NCBI GenBank assembly: GCA_944372055.1 | Contig: CALVYF010000001.1 | Span: forward strand, 54,384 to 118,383 | DNA: 64,000 bases | Direction: 5' to 3' | From: an uncultured Bacilli bacterium | Lineage (GTDB): Bacteria; Bacillota_I; Bacilli_A; RF39; UBA660 | Shown: in pieces, positions 1 through 9,175 of the stretch | How the letters are laid out: every line of letters begins with the position of its first letter | Position numbering within the stretch: position 1 is the first letter of the stretch | Made by a program: the position numbers and the translations under genes | Notes under the pieces: generated by a model | What the model saw: only the letters and a program-made list of their open reading frames with translations | Told to the model about the DNA's origin: nothing | Database searches by the model: none

Positions 1-817
1 CAGAACTTTGATCACCTACAACAGAAAAGATTCCAACAGGACCACTAAGTTGCGAAATACTAATTCCACCAGTAAATAAATAACCAACAGTAACTGCCAT
101 CTGCTTAAAAATAGAAACAGTCTTTTTACCAGTAAAAGATAATGCTGGAAGTAATCCTTTTTCCACCTCTTGTTCCATACCAATACCATATTGATAAGTT
201 GTCTCACCATCTACTTTTTTCTTTTTTGGTTGCACAGAATACGTTTCAACTTTTTTATTTTCTTTTTCTACTTTAATATCACTAGCTTCTTCTGGATCAG
301 CAACTGCTAAATACAAACTAATATCATCAGTAGTAGAAATAGAATGACCATTAATCTCTAAAATACGGTCTCCTGCTTCAATTCCAGAAGATGCTGCTGC
401 TGAATTCTTAAGAACAGAACTAACCATAGGTTCCATAGAAGAACCTCCCCAGATAAGACCTATGAAAAATAATAATAAAATAGCACAAATAAAATTATTT
501 CCTGCTCCAAAAAACATAATTAAAAATCTTTGCCAAGGTTTTTTAGCCTGTAATCTTTTATCTTTTGGAACCTTCTTGATTTCATCATCTTCTATATCTT
601 CTCCAGCCATCATACAAAATCCACCAATAGGAATAGCTCTTAAGGTATATTCAGTTTCCTTACCCTTTTTACTCCATATCTTAGGCCCCATTCCTATAGC
701 AAACTCATAAACATATACACCATTAAGTTTTGCCATCATAAAATGACCAAACTCATGAACAAAAACAATAATACCTAAAATTAAAACAAATAATATTAAA
801 GTAATAATAAAATTCAT
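1..817 (-). CDS. rseP: Site-2 zinc metalloprotease RseP/RasP, N-terminal ~270 aa; the gene 3' end lies beyond the window start
   Basis: Minus-strand translation from ATG at 817 (RBS AGGAGG 6 nt upstream) gives MNFIITLILFVLILGIIVFVHEFGHFMMAKLNGV... with an HEFGH zinc motif, a multi-TM region and a PDZ-like segment. The ORF is open to position 1. It is absent from the ORF track because it is truncated by the window edge. Confidence 0.8.
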   Translation of the reverse strand, partial: MNFIITLILFVLILGIIVFVHEFGHFMMAKLNGVYVYEFAIGMGPKIWSKKGKETEYTLRAIPIGGFCMMAGEDIEDDEIKKVPKDKRLQAKKPWQRFLIMFFGAGNNFICAILLLFFIGLIWGGSSMEPMVSSVLKNSAAASSGIEAGDRILEINGHSISTTDDISLYLAVADPEEASDIKVEKENKKVETYSVQPKKKKVDGETTYQYGIGMEQEVEKGLLPALSFTGKKTVSIFKQMAVTVGYLFTGGISISQLSGPVGIFSVVGDQSS

Positions 818-828
818 TGGTTGCCTCC

Positions 829-1629
829 TTATAATACACTAGAAAAAATAATAAAAGCTAAAACAACAAAAATCAAACTATCGAATCTATCTAAAATACC
901 CCCATGTTCTGGAATTAAATTAGAAAAATCTTTTTTATCATAATATCTCTTAATTGATGAAAATACCAAATCGCCTAACTGTCCAACTAAAGATAAAATG
1001 ATTGTTACAACAACAACAAAAGCTAAAGAGATAGACGGATTAATAACAGTAACATAAAATGCTGTTGCAACAAAGGTTCCAACAAAAACCCCACCAACTA
1101 AACCCTCAATTGTTTTCTTCGGAGATACAGTAGGACATAATTTATGTTTTCCAACCAGCATACCGGTAAACAATGCAAAAGTATCAGTAATTGTTGTAAT
1201 AAGTAATAAGTAAATAATATACATAATGTCATAATTACGACAAATAATAAGTAAATTAAAACTCAATCCAATAAACAATACAGAGCCTATCAAAAATAAA
1301 GCATCATTTAAATTATACTTCTTAAAGTTATGAATAAATACCATAGGAGATAAAAATGCAAAAATCATAAATGCCACAACTCGATAATCCATAGTATAAA
1401 TAAAATCGATAGATTTAAAATGAGATAGTGAAAAGAAAACTACCATAACATAAGCAAAAACTTTCATTAAAAATGGAAACTCTTTTTTACTTTCTCGAAT
1501 ATGAATCAATTCATATAATCCCATAATAGCAAGTAAAGACATAAAAATAGCAAATACTTTACCACCAATAATTAATAATGGAACAAAAATAGCTATCATC
1601 AAAATAGCACTTAATATTCTCTTTTTCAT
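829..1629 (-). CDS. cdsA: phosphatidate cytidylyltransferase (CDP-diglyceride synthase)
   Basis: 266-aa polytopic membrane protein with a C-terminal CdsA signature region (…EHGGILDRFDSLIFVV…). Directly downstream of uppS as in Bacillus. Confidence 0.85.
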   Translation of the reverse strand: MKKRILSAILMIAIFVPLLIIGGKVFAIFMSLLAIMGLYELIHIRESKKEFPFLMKVFAYVMVVFFSLSHFKSIDFIYTMDYRVVAFMIFAFLSPMVFIHNFKKYNLNDALFLIGSVLFIGLSFNLLIICRNYDIMYIIYLLLITTITDTFALFTGMLVGKHKLCPTVSPKKTIEGLVGGVFVGTFVATAFYVTVINPSISLAFVVVVTIILSLVGQLGDLVFSSIKRYYDKKDFSNLIPEHGGILDRFDSLIFVVLAFIIFSSVL

Positions 1630-2339
1630 GACACATTCCCTCCAAATCTACGATTTCTTTTATTAAATTCTACGATTGCATCCTTAAAATCATTCGTTGT
1701 AAAATCCGGAAAATAAGTTTTAGGAAAATAAAATTCCGCATAACTAGCTTGATATAACATAAAGTTACTAAGTCTAAGCTCGCCACTAGTACGAATAACA
1801 TAATCTAACGGTGGTAAATCCTGATACAAATTATCATGCAATGTATCCAATGTAATATCGTAAATATTTAATTTTCCATCAACAACTTGTTGTGCTATTT
1901 TTTTAGTCATATCTAATATTTCAGTCTGACCACCATAATTAAGGCAAAGATTAACAACAGCTTCAGTATTATTTTTAGACTCCTCAGTGATTCTATCCAT
2001 AGCATCTAATACTTTAGCAGGAAGAGGCTCTCGTCTTCCAGAAAAAACAACTTTAATACCGTTCCTCATAAGATCTTGAAACTCATCTTTATAAAGTCTA
2101 ACAAATAAGTTCATTAAATAATCAACTTCTTTTTTTCCTCGTTTAAAGTTTTCTATAGAAAAAACATAAAGAGATAAATATTTTAATCCCATTTCTTTAG
2201 CATAAATACAAATTTCTTTTAAACGATGAAAACCAGCTTTATGGCCACCACTTCTAGACAGTCCCCTCTCTTGAGCCCATCTACCATTGCCATCAACAAT
2301 AATTCCTACATGTGTAGGGATAATTAATTCTTCATTCAT
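1626..2339 (-). CDS. uppS: undecaprenyl diphosphate synthase
   Basis: N-terminal HVGIIVDGNGRWA...ENFKR motifs typical of cis-prenyltransferases. Overlaps cdsA by 4 nt. Confidence 0.9.
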   Translation of the reverse strand: MNEELIIPTHVGIIVDGNGRWAQERGLSRSGGHKAGFHRLKEICIYAKEMGLKYLSLYVFSIENFKRGKKEVDYLMNLFVRLYKDEFQDLMRNGIKVVFSGRREPLPAKVLDAMDRITEESKNNTEAVVNLCLNYGGQTEILDMTKKIAQQVVDGKLNIYDITLDTLHDNLYQDLPPLDYVIRTSGELRLSNFMLYQASYAEFYFPKTYFPDFTTNDFKDAIVEFNKRNRRFGGNVS

Positions 2340-2373
2340 TATTCTTCTACCTCAAAATTATTATATAACAAGT

Positions 2374-2402
2374 AAAACAAAAAAGAAAGCAAAATTGCTT
2401 CC
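2374..2402 (-). terminator. intrinsic terminator after the KH-protein/rpsP operon
   Basis: Minus-strand RNA GGAAGCAAUUUUGCUUUC followed by UUUUUUGUUUU, immediately after the KH-protein stop codon. Confidence 0.5.
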
Positions 2403-2650
2403 TAGAACTTATCAATATCTATTTTTATATATTTGTTATCTTTCAAAGCACTACTTGCTTGTACTAGTGTACGAATAGCATTAGCACATCTTCCACCTTT
2501 ACCAATGACACGTCCCATATCATCTTCAGCAACAATGACTTGAATTAACATAACATCTTCTTCTTCAGTAGGAAACTCTTTTACACTAACAGCATCTCGA
2601 TCTACTACTAATGATTTAACAATTTCCTCTGTTAACTGAACTAAATCCAT
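2402..2650 (-). CDS. KH-domain RNA-binding protein (YlqC-like)
   Basis: 82 aa with the ...VIGKGGR... KH motif. Sits downstream of rpsP as ylqC does in Bacillus. Confidence 0.7.
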   Translation of the reverse strand: MDLVQLTEEIVKSLVVDRDAVSVKEFPTEEEDVMLIQVIVAEDDMGRVIGKGGRCANAIRTLVQASSALKDNKYIKIDIDKF

Positions 2651-2652
2651 AA

Positions 2653-2928
2653 TTACTTATCCTTCTTTTCTTTAGATTCAGTAAATTTCTTCATAATACC
2701 AGCTTTAGAAAATAAATTCTTAACTGTATCAGTAGGAATAGCTCCACTATTAAGCCATTTTAAAGCCACTTCCTCATTGATATTAACTTTAGCTTCTCCA
2801 ACAGGTGCATAAGTACCAATTAATTCAATATATTGACCATCTCTAGGACGTCTAGAGTCAGTAGCAACAATTCTATAAGTAGGTTTCTTTTTAGCACCCA
2901 TTCTTGTTAATCTAATTTTAACTGCCAT
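2653..2928 (-). CDS. rpsP: 30S ribosomal protein S16
   Basis: [35 protein letters not shown]... is a classic S16 N-terminus. The true start is the internal ATG at 2928, preceded by a GGAGGGA RBS. The 122-aa ORF in the track is an upstream over-extension. Confidence 0.9.
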   Translation of the reverse strand: MAVKIRLTRMGAKKKPTYRIVATDSRRPRDGQYIELIGTYAPVGEAKVNINEEVALKWLNSGAIPTDTVKNLFSKAGIMKKFTESKEKKDK

Positions 2929-3008
2929 AGTATCCCTCCGTTTCTTAAATACAGATATAGTATAATAGAAAAAAAGAGTGCTGTCAACCTTTTTTTGATA
3001 ACAAGCAG

Positions 3009-3033
3009 CAAAAAATAGCACTTATTAGTGCTA
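3009..3033 (-). terminator. intrinsic terminator after cotE
   Basis: Minus-strand RNA AGCACUAAUAAGUGCU followed by AUUUUUUG, just downstream of the cotE stop. Confidence 0.5.
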
Positions 3034-3038
3034 AATAA

Positions 3039-3569
3039 TTAGATTGGATTATCTTGAATAAAGTCATCACTTAACTCTTCATCAAGTGTATCATTCGAAG
3101 TTTCATCAACAATTTCGTCCCATGGGTCTTCTTCCTCATTGGCTTCAATCTTTACTTTAACATCTCCAACTAATTCTATACCAAGTTCTTTTTCAATAGT
3201 ATAGTGTATTTCATGATTATTAATAGTAATATCAGAACAAGTAGGTTGCTTTAGACTACGAACAATGATTTGTTCACCAGTAACATCTTCGTCTCGATTA
3301 CGCATATGTACCATTTCACGGTAAGTTTGCGTCTCTTTAATAACATCTGTCTTAGTATCACCATCATAAGAGTACCAAATATTAACATCATAACTACCAG
3401 AAATAATAATTTGATCCCCTTGTTTTTCCCCATGGAAATTATGATTAATAACCCAACAACCTAAAATTGTAGATGCTTCTTCTTTTAGTGATACAACATG
3501 ATCTGTAGTAAATAACTTTTTACCCTTACCGATAACCGCCTTTGTAACAATTTCTTTATAACTAGACAT
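3039..3569 (-). CDS. cotE: outer spore coat morphogenetic protein CotE-like
   Basis: 176 aa. MSSYKEIVTKAVIGKGKK...ILGCWVINHNF...SGSYDVNIWYSYDGDTKT... followed by a strongly acidic C-terminus aligns closely with my recollection of B. subtilis CotE. miaB(ymcB)-ymcA-cotE synteny matches Bacillus. Confidence 0.65.
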   Translation of the reverse strand: MSSYKEIVTKAVIGKGKKLFTTDHVVSLKEEASTILGCWVINHNFHGEKQGDQIIISGSYDVNIWYSYDGDTKTDVIKETQTYREMVHMRNRDEDVTGEQIIVRSLKQPTCSDITINNHEIHYTIEKELGIELVGDVKVKIEANEEEDPWDEIVDETSNDTLDEELSDDFIQDNPI

Positions 3570-3668
3570 ATCTACCCCTCCTAACTTAATGTATGCAATA
3601 ACTAATATATGTTTGACTAATATTTTGTTTTTTAAAAAATTATGTTACACTATTACAGGAGGTAAAAT

Positions 3669-4304
3669 ATGGCATCAGCAGTAATACATTTAGCAGTAGC
3701 AAAAGTACTAGAACCTTATTTTGACATAAAAAATAGAAAAGACTATTATCTAGGCTCAATTGCTCCTGATATTGCAAAACAGATAGGAAGAACAAAACAA
3801 GAATCACATTTTCTATATAACGAGAAAGAAGATGTACCAAATATAAAAATGTTTACAGATAAATATCCCCTATTTTATAAAAAAGATTTTGATTTAGGGT
3901 ATTATATACATTTATTTACAGATAAATTATGGTTTGACAAATTTTTAAATACTTTAGTACAAAGTAATTCTATTCGTTTAATAGATGGAACAATTGTAAA
4001 CATAGATCCAGACGAATTACCAAAATTAATTTATTCAGACTATACCAATCTAAATATTAAAGTAATAGAAGAATATAATATGGATTTATCACTTTTTTAT
4101 GAAAAATTTGAAAAGCCAGAAACTACAATCAATGAAGTTCCTATAGAACAGTTAAATATATTAATAGACAAAATGGGAATTATAATTGAAAACTCTACAA
4201 ATGAAAAAAATTATATTTTTGATATCTACTTAATCAAAGAATTTATTGAAACAACAAAAGAAAGAATACTAAAAGAAATAAAAGACTATGAACAAAATTC
4301 ATAG
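3669..4304 (+). CDS. hypothetical protein, possible zinc-dependent phospholipase-C-like fold
   Basis: 211 aa with N-terminal H-L-A-V-A, GSIAPD and HLFTD motifs that resemble the metal ligands of the Zn-dependent PLC family. A strong RBS (AGGAGGT) precedes the ATG. Confidence 0.35.
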   Translation: MASAVIHLAVAKVLEPYFDIKNRKDYYLGSIAPDIAKQIGRTKQESHFLYNEKEDVPNIKMFTDKYPLFYKKDFDLGYYIHLFTDKLWFDKFLNTLVQSNSIRLIDGTIVNIDPDELPKLIYSDYTNLNIKVIEEYNMDLSLFYEKFEKPETTINEVPIEQLNILIDKMGIIIENSTNEKNYIFDIYLIKEFIETTKERILKEIKDYEQNS

Positions 4305-4309
4305 TCTTT

Positions 4310-4630
4310 TTAATTAAATAATTGATAAAAATAATCGTTTAAATCATCTTCAACATAAGAAATCATCTGGTTTACTTTTTTTAAATGTCCTATATAAGTA
4401 ACATAAATTGGTATTTCATACAATTTATTCTCTACTTCTTCTAATTTTTCCCTATCTTGATAGCCATTCTTAACATATTCTTTCTGTAGAGTTTTTAATG
4501 TATCAATCAACTGCATTAGCTCTGCATTTTTTTTCATCTTTTCTTTTAACTTAATGCACTCTTGATAATCTTTACTATCTTTAATAACAGTAATAACTTC
4601 TTCTAGTTTTTTATTCAATAGCTTCACCAT
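4310..4630 (-). CDS. YlbF/YmcA-family regulatory protein
   Basis: About 106 aa, helical and charged. Located immediately downstream of miaB (ymcB), as ymcA is in Bacillus. Likely start is the ATG at 4630 with a GGAG RBS. The longer 114-aa ORF in the track overlaps the miaB 3' end. Confidence 0.55.
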   Translation of the reverse strand: MVKLLNKKLEEVITVIKDSKDYQECIKLKEKMKKNAELMQLIDTLKTLQKEYVKNGYQDREKLEEVENKLYEIPIYVTYIGHLKKVNQMISYVEDDLNDYFYQLFN

Positions 4631-6026
4631 CCAAACTCCACGTTTTAGCATCATTTATCTTAACCATAACTAAATCTCCAGGAGTAAGTTCTTTTTCACT
4701 AGAAAAATTAATTAATTTATTAGTATCACTATATCCATAATACATATGTTTTTTATCAGAAATCCCCTCTACTAGAACTTCAACTTCACGACCTTCAAGT
4801 TTTTTATTATTCTCTAAAAAATAATGATTAACAACTTCATTTAATCGTTGAAGACGTTCTTCTTTTTCTTTTTGAGAAACAGGGTCAGCTAATCTACAAG
4901 CAGGTGTTCCTTCTCTTTTAGAAAAGATAAAAGTAAAAGCATTATCATATTGACATTCACGAACTAAATCTAAAGTTTCTAAGAAATCCTCTTCAGTCTC
5001 ACCTGGAAAACCTACAATAATATCTGTAGAAATAGTAACACCAGAAACCCTATCCTTAATTTTATGAAATAACTCTAAATAACTTTCTTTAGTATATCTA
5101 CGTCCCATAAGTTTTAAAATACGACTAGAACCACTTTGTACTGGCAAATGAACACTAGGCATAATATTAGGATATTTCGCAATAACATCAATCATACAAT
5201 CTGTAAAATCCCATGGATGAGAAGTAGTAAAACGAATTCTAGGAATTCCCATATGTGCAACATCTTCCAATAAATTAGCCATAGTATAGTCATCATATAA
5301 ATCTTTACCATAGGCATTCACATTTTGACCAAGCAAAGTTACTTCCTTATATCCATCATCTACTAATTTTTGTACTTCTGCTAAAACATCTTCTTTTAAA
5401 CGACTTCTCTCACGTCCCCTAGTATAAGGAACAATACAATAAGTACAGAATTTATTACAACCATAAATGATATTAACATATGCCTTATAATCATTAACAC
5501 GAAGTACAGGTAATCCCTCAATCAAATCCCCTTCTCGAGAGAAAACCTCAATCTGTTGTTTATTCTCTTCAATAGCCTTATCTATAATTTCAGGTAATTG
5601 ATACATATTATGAGTACCAAAAACAAAGTTAACCCATTTATAATCTTTAAGAATAGTCTCAACAACACTTGCTTCCTGTGCCATACAGCCGCATAATCCA
5701 ACTATTAAATCTTTCTTCTCTTGCTTTAAATGTTTAAGTCTACCAAGCATTCCAAATGCTTTATTATGGGCATTTTCACGAATAGAACAAGTATTTAACA
5801 ATACTAAATCAGCATCCATATAATCATCGACTTTAGAAAATCCTAAAAAAGTAAGTAATGCTTCTATATTCTCACTATCATGCTCATTCATCTGACATCC
5901 ATAAGTCTTTAAATAAAATGTTTTTCCCCGATATTTATTTTTAACTTTATCATCTTCCTGAAATACCACTCTTTGATATGGTCTAATATCTCTTTTCCTA
6001 GCCTCTTTATAATCAGGTAAATGCAT
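4611..6026 (-). CDS. miaB: tRNA (N6-isopentenyl-adenosine-37) methylthiotransferase MiaB
   Basis: 471 aa. Radical-SAM CxxxCxxC (…YGCNKFCTYCIVP…), an N-terminal MTTase domain with conserved cysteines and a C-terminal TRAM domain. Confidence 0.9.
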   Translation of the reverse strand: MHLPDYKEARKRDIRPYQRVVFQEDDKVKNKYRGKTFYLKTYGCQMNEHDSENIEALLTFLGFSKVDDYMDADLVLLNTCSIRENAHNKAFGMLGRLKHLKQEKKDLIVGLCGCMAQEASVVETILKDYKWVNFVFGTHNMYQLPEIIDKAIEENKQQIEVFSREGDLIEGLPVLRVNDYKAYVNIIYGCNKFCTYCIVPYTRGRERSRLKEDVLAEVQKLVDDGYKEVTLLGQNVNAYGKDLYDDYTMANLLEDVAHMGIPRIRFTTSHPWDFTDCMIDVIAKYPNIMPSVHLPVQSGSSRILKLMGRRYTKESYLELFHKIKDRVSGVTISTDIIVGFPGETEEDFLETLDLVRECQYDNAFTFIFSKREGTPACRLADPVSQKEKEERLQRLNEVVNHYFLENNKKLEGREVEVLVEGISDKKHMYYGYSDTNKLINFSSEKELTPGDLVMVKINDAKTWSLDGEAIE

Positions 6027-6064
6027 AATACCACCTCACAAGTCACCAAAAATTATAACATAAA

Positions 6065-6096
6065 AATAAAAAACAAAAAAGAGGAATTATCCTCTT
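6065..6096 (-). terminator. intrinsic terminator after the ankyrin-repeat gene
   Basis: Minus-strand RNA AAGAGGAUAAUUCCUCUU followed by UUUUGUUUUUUAUUUUU. Confidence 0.5.
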
Positions 6097-6790
6097 ATAT
6101 CACACTTTCTCTTAATGAAGTATTAATCATCTGATCTAATAAAGAAAATTTACCTCTCATCAAATCATGTTTAATAACTTCCATATTTTCTACAATTTTA
6201 TCTAACAATTCACTCATACTAGGAACCAAGTTATCTTTTTTCTCTAAACTATCAACAATATTTTCTAAATTTGTTAATTTAGAGTACTTACCATAATAAT
6301 TATTTTTTATACACAATTGATATAATTGTTTAAATGACAATACATCAATATTATTAAAACGTTTTTCTTCTAATATTTTTAATGCTTGAAAAGCACTTTG
6401 ATTATGAATAGCTAAATCTAAAACAGTCTCACCATTCTTATTCTTAATATTTAATAAATATCTTTTACTTTTCGTAAGATGTTCTAAAACCTTTAAAGCA
6501 GAAACTGATGTATCTTTTACAAGTAAATGACCAATGGTATTTCCATCTAAATTCTGATGATTTAAATTCCAACTACGTTTACGAATAAACTTTAAAACCA
6601 AATCATATTGTTTTGCTTTAAGCAAACGAGCAACAACGTCATTACCAGCAACATCGACTGTATTAATATCTACTTTATTTTTAGAAATAAGTTCATCTAC
6701 CAAATGATAGTACCCTTCCTTAATTAATTCAAAAATCAGGGACGGTTCCTCTTCACAAGCACGTAATGCCTGTTTTTCATCATAAAACAT
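6095..6790 (-). CDS. ankyrin-repeat protein
   Basis: Repeated ...G.T.LH.A...G...V..LL..GA..N... blocks (e.g. DVAGNDVVARLLKAKQYDLV, LDGNTIGHLLVKDTS, KNGETVLDLAIHNQSAFQALKILEE). Probable start is the ATG at 6790 with a GAGAGGTG RBS. Confidence 0.55.
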   Translation of the reverse strand: MFYDEKQALRACEEEPSLIFELIKEGYYHLVDELISKNKVDINTVDVAGNDVVARLLKAKQYDLVLKFIRKRSWNLNHQNLDGNTIGHLLVKDTSVSALKVLEHLTKSKRYLLNIKNKNGETVLDLAIHNQSAFQALKILEEKRFNNIDVLSFKQLYQLCIKNNYYGKYSKLTNLENIVDSLEKKDNLVPSMSELLDKIVENMEVIKHDLMRGKFSLLDQMINTSLRESVI

Positions 6791-6961
6791 GTATAACACC
6801 TCTCTGTTTATGTGACAGTTATATATTTTACCAGAAGAATCTATTTTTGTCAAATTATCATCCCTTCCCAAATACATTATTAGTATGGAAAAAAAGAAAA
6901 AATTTATACGAATTTCTAAGAAAGTGATATAATAAACTCAATTTAAGAAATGAGGAGTATT

Positions 6962-7882
6962 ATGAAAAAAAGCATAGACTTAGATGAAACATTAAAAACG
7001 ATTATACAATATTCTAGCAATATAAATACTTTATATCAAAACGCAGCTACTGCAAAAATAAAAGATGATGAAGAAGAATATAAAACACAACTAGACTACA
7101 TCGCTTTAACAGAAGAATACGAAGAAAAAGAATATCAAAAAATCGACTTTGAAAAGAACTTAAATGAAAGATTATATAGAAGGTTTATCTATCTATTAAA
7201 ACACAGCAATACCCCTCAAGAGATACATAATGATATATACCAAAGATTTAAAAATCATATTAATGAATTACTAATTAGAAATCCTTTTTTATCAAGGAAT
7301 CCATTTCTCTTAGAAAGAAAAGAAGAAAATGATGCATCAATTATATGGCAAGCAATGAGAGACTACTCTATCACAGCCCTATATTTTATGAATAAAGATA
7401 TAAATATCATAAAGAATGAAGCAATAAGACAAGATGCAATAGATTTTTACTATAAATTTATCTTTAAACAAAAAATCTTAAATCAATACCTGAAAACCCC
7501 TCCTCAAGAAATAGAAATTACAGGAAGAAATCGCTGTCTAGTGTTTAGACAAAATGAGAAACAAGTAAATGAATGCTATAACAAAATCATTATGGAAGCA
7601 TTAAATACAAGTATACCCATAATACTAAGCTATACAGATAGTTTTATAATAAATAACCCAAATCAATTAGCAGGACAAAGAATTCTTTTAAATCTCTTAA
7701 AAGCCGCAATTGCAATCGCAACAGATGAAGATAAAAAAGGAGTACGTATAAACTATCCAGAAATAGCAAAAGAAAATTCAAAAATCAGTATATATAGAAT
7801 AAATCGTGCAATCGAAGAAGCAAATTTAACTGTTCAAGATAAATTAGCACAAAAAAAGAAGTCTATGGACAAACCAAATTAG
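6962..7882 (+). CDS. hypothetical helical protein
   Basis: 306 aa with no recognisable motif. Divergent from the ankyrin gene. AGGAG RBS 5 nt before the ATG at 6962. Confidence 0.4.
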   Translation: MKKSIDLDETLKTIIQYSSNINTLYQNAATAKIKDDEEEYKTQLDYIALTEEYEEKEYQKIDFEKNLNERLYRRFIYLLKHSNTPQEIHNDIYQRFKNHINELLIRNPFLSRNPFLLERKEENDASIIWQAMRDYSITALYFMNKDINIIKNEAIRQDAIDFYYKFIFKQKILNQYLKTPPQEIEITGRNRCLVFRQNEKQVNECYNKIIMEALNTSIPIILSYTDSFIINNPNQLAGQRILLNLLKAAIAIATDEDKKGVRINYPEIAKENSKISIYRINRAIEEANLTVQDKLAQKKKSMDKPN

Positions 7883-7894
7883 ACTTCTTTTGTT

Positions 7895-9100
7895 TTATTT
7901 TAATTTAGTACCGCAATTAGTACAGAAATTACCCCCATTAGTAGGAGTACCACAATTAGGGCAGAAACTTGCTCCTTGAGTGGCTGGAGATTGTTGCTGT
8001 GGTTGTGATTGTTGTGGAGATACAGCTTGACCAGCAGCCACTGCACGAGCTTGATTTAATTGTTCTGCAGCTTGATTGGCATAAGGATCATATGCTTGCG
8101 TATTACCAGGAGTAGCTTGTGGATTAACTGCATTAGTTGCTACACCACCCATCATACCACCTGATGCCATATTCATCATACCAACACCTAAGAAACCATT
8201 CATAGCACCAGCTTCATTTTTAGCTGCATCTTGTACAGCATTAGCATAAGCACCAGTAAGAGTTCCTTGTTGCATAAATTGGTTAGATGATAATTCATAA
8301 TGATCAATTTTTTGATTAGATTCATCATCTAAAGTAACAGATTCAACAACAAATCCAACAATACTTAATCCTCTATCACGAATTGGTTGATCAAATACTT
8401 TTTCATCCATAACTTTTTTAATTTCATCAGTACTACTAGGTAACTCTAGTACTGGAACTTTATGTTCTGAAGTACCAAGTTCATTTAAGACATTTTGGAA
8501 AGCTCCAACGACTTCAGATCTCATTTGTTCACATAATTCATCTTTACGATACTCTTCTGCTGTACCTGCAATACGTGACATAAAAATAGCTGGATCACTA
8601 ATTTTAAATGTATACTTACCAAAACATTTTACTTCAACACGAAGTGGACTCATAGAACCAGTCATTTGATTTGGAATAGGATGAGACCAATCTTGATAAG
8701 GAATTGGTGCAGGTGTACCAAACTTATTATCCATAATCTCTTTAGCATTAATATAAAATACTGCTTGTTCTTTAAAAGTTCCACCATTATAAGTGAATCT
8801 TCCCCACATTTCTTTAAATACTGCACCAAATTGGCCAGCAAAGAATGATGGTGTTGTTGACTCATCAAAAGTAAAAATACCTTCTTCTGCAGTTGCATCT
8901 AAAATTTGACCATTTTGAAATACAACTGCAATTTGTCCAGGAGCAACCTGAATAGCACTATCTTTAGAGATAACACCATTAGGAGTGGATACTCTCTTCA
9001 TTAAAATATCTTGTCCTAAATCATCACATCTAATATACTCTTTCCATTGATCATGTAATGTACTTCCAATTGCAGACGCTGCTGCTTTAATTAACCCCAT
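7895..9100 (-). CDS. SPFH/band-7 family protein with C-terminal double zinc ribbon (B. subtilis YdjI-like)
   Basis: MGLIKAAASAIGSTLHDQWKEYI... is an N-terminus typical of the Band_7_1 family. The C-terminus FCPNCGTPTNGGNFCTNCG is a zinc ribbon. A Q/A/G-rich linker lies in between. Confidence 0.65.
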   Translation of the reverse strand: MGLIKAAASAIGSTLHDQWKEYIRCDDLGQDILMKRVSTPNGVISKDSAIQVAPGQIAVVFQNGQILDATAEEGIFTFDESTTPSFFAGQFGAVFKEMWGRFTYNGGTFKEQAVFYINAKEIMDNKFGTPAPIPYQDWSHPIPNQMTGSMSPLRVEVKCFGKYTFKISDPAIFMSRIAGTAEEYRKDELCEQMRSEVVGAFQNVLNELGTSEHKVPVLELPSSTDEIKKVMDEKVFDQPIRDRGLSIVGFVVESVTLDDESNQKIDHYELSSNQFMQQGTLTGAYANAVQDAAKNEAGAMNGFLGVGMMNMASGGMMGGVATNAVNPQATPGNTQAYDPYANQAAEQLNQARAVAAGQAVSPQQSQPQQQSPATQGASFCPNCGTPTNGGNFCTNCGTKLK

Positions 9101-9175
9101 AAATTTACCTCGCCTTCTATTTTCCAATATTATATATAAATAATATCACAATCAAACTATAAAAACCATATTTTT

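Noticed and set aside
462-710. 82-aa plus-strand ORF
   Set aside because: It lies entirely antisense to the well-supported rseP coding sequence. It is a low-complexity AT-rich translation with no RBS.
3251-3464. 60-aa and 64-aa ORFs overlapping cotE
   Set aside because: They are alternative frames or antisense within the CotE-like gene, which has strong similarity support. They are typical spurious AT-rich ORFs.
8662-8898. 78-aa and 60-aa ORFs inside the SPFH gene
   Set aside because: They are antisense or alternative-frame ORFs within a motif-supported gene, with no independent signals.
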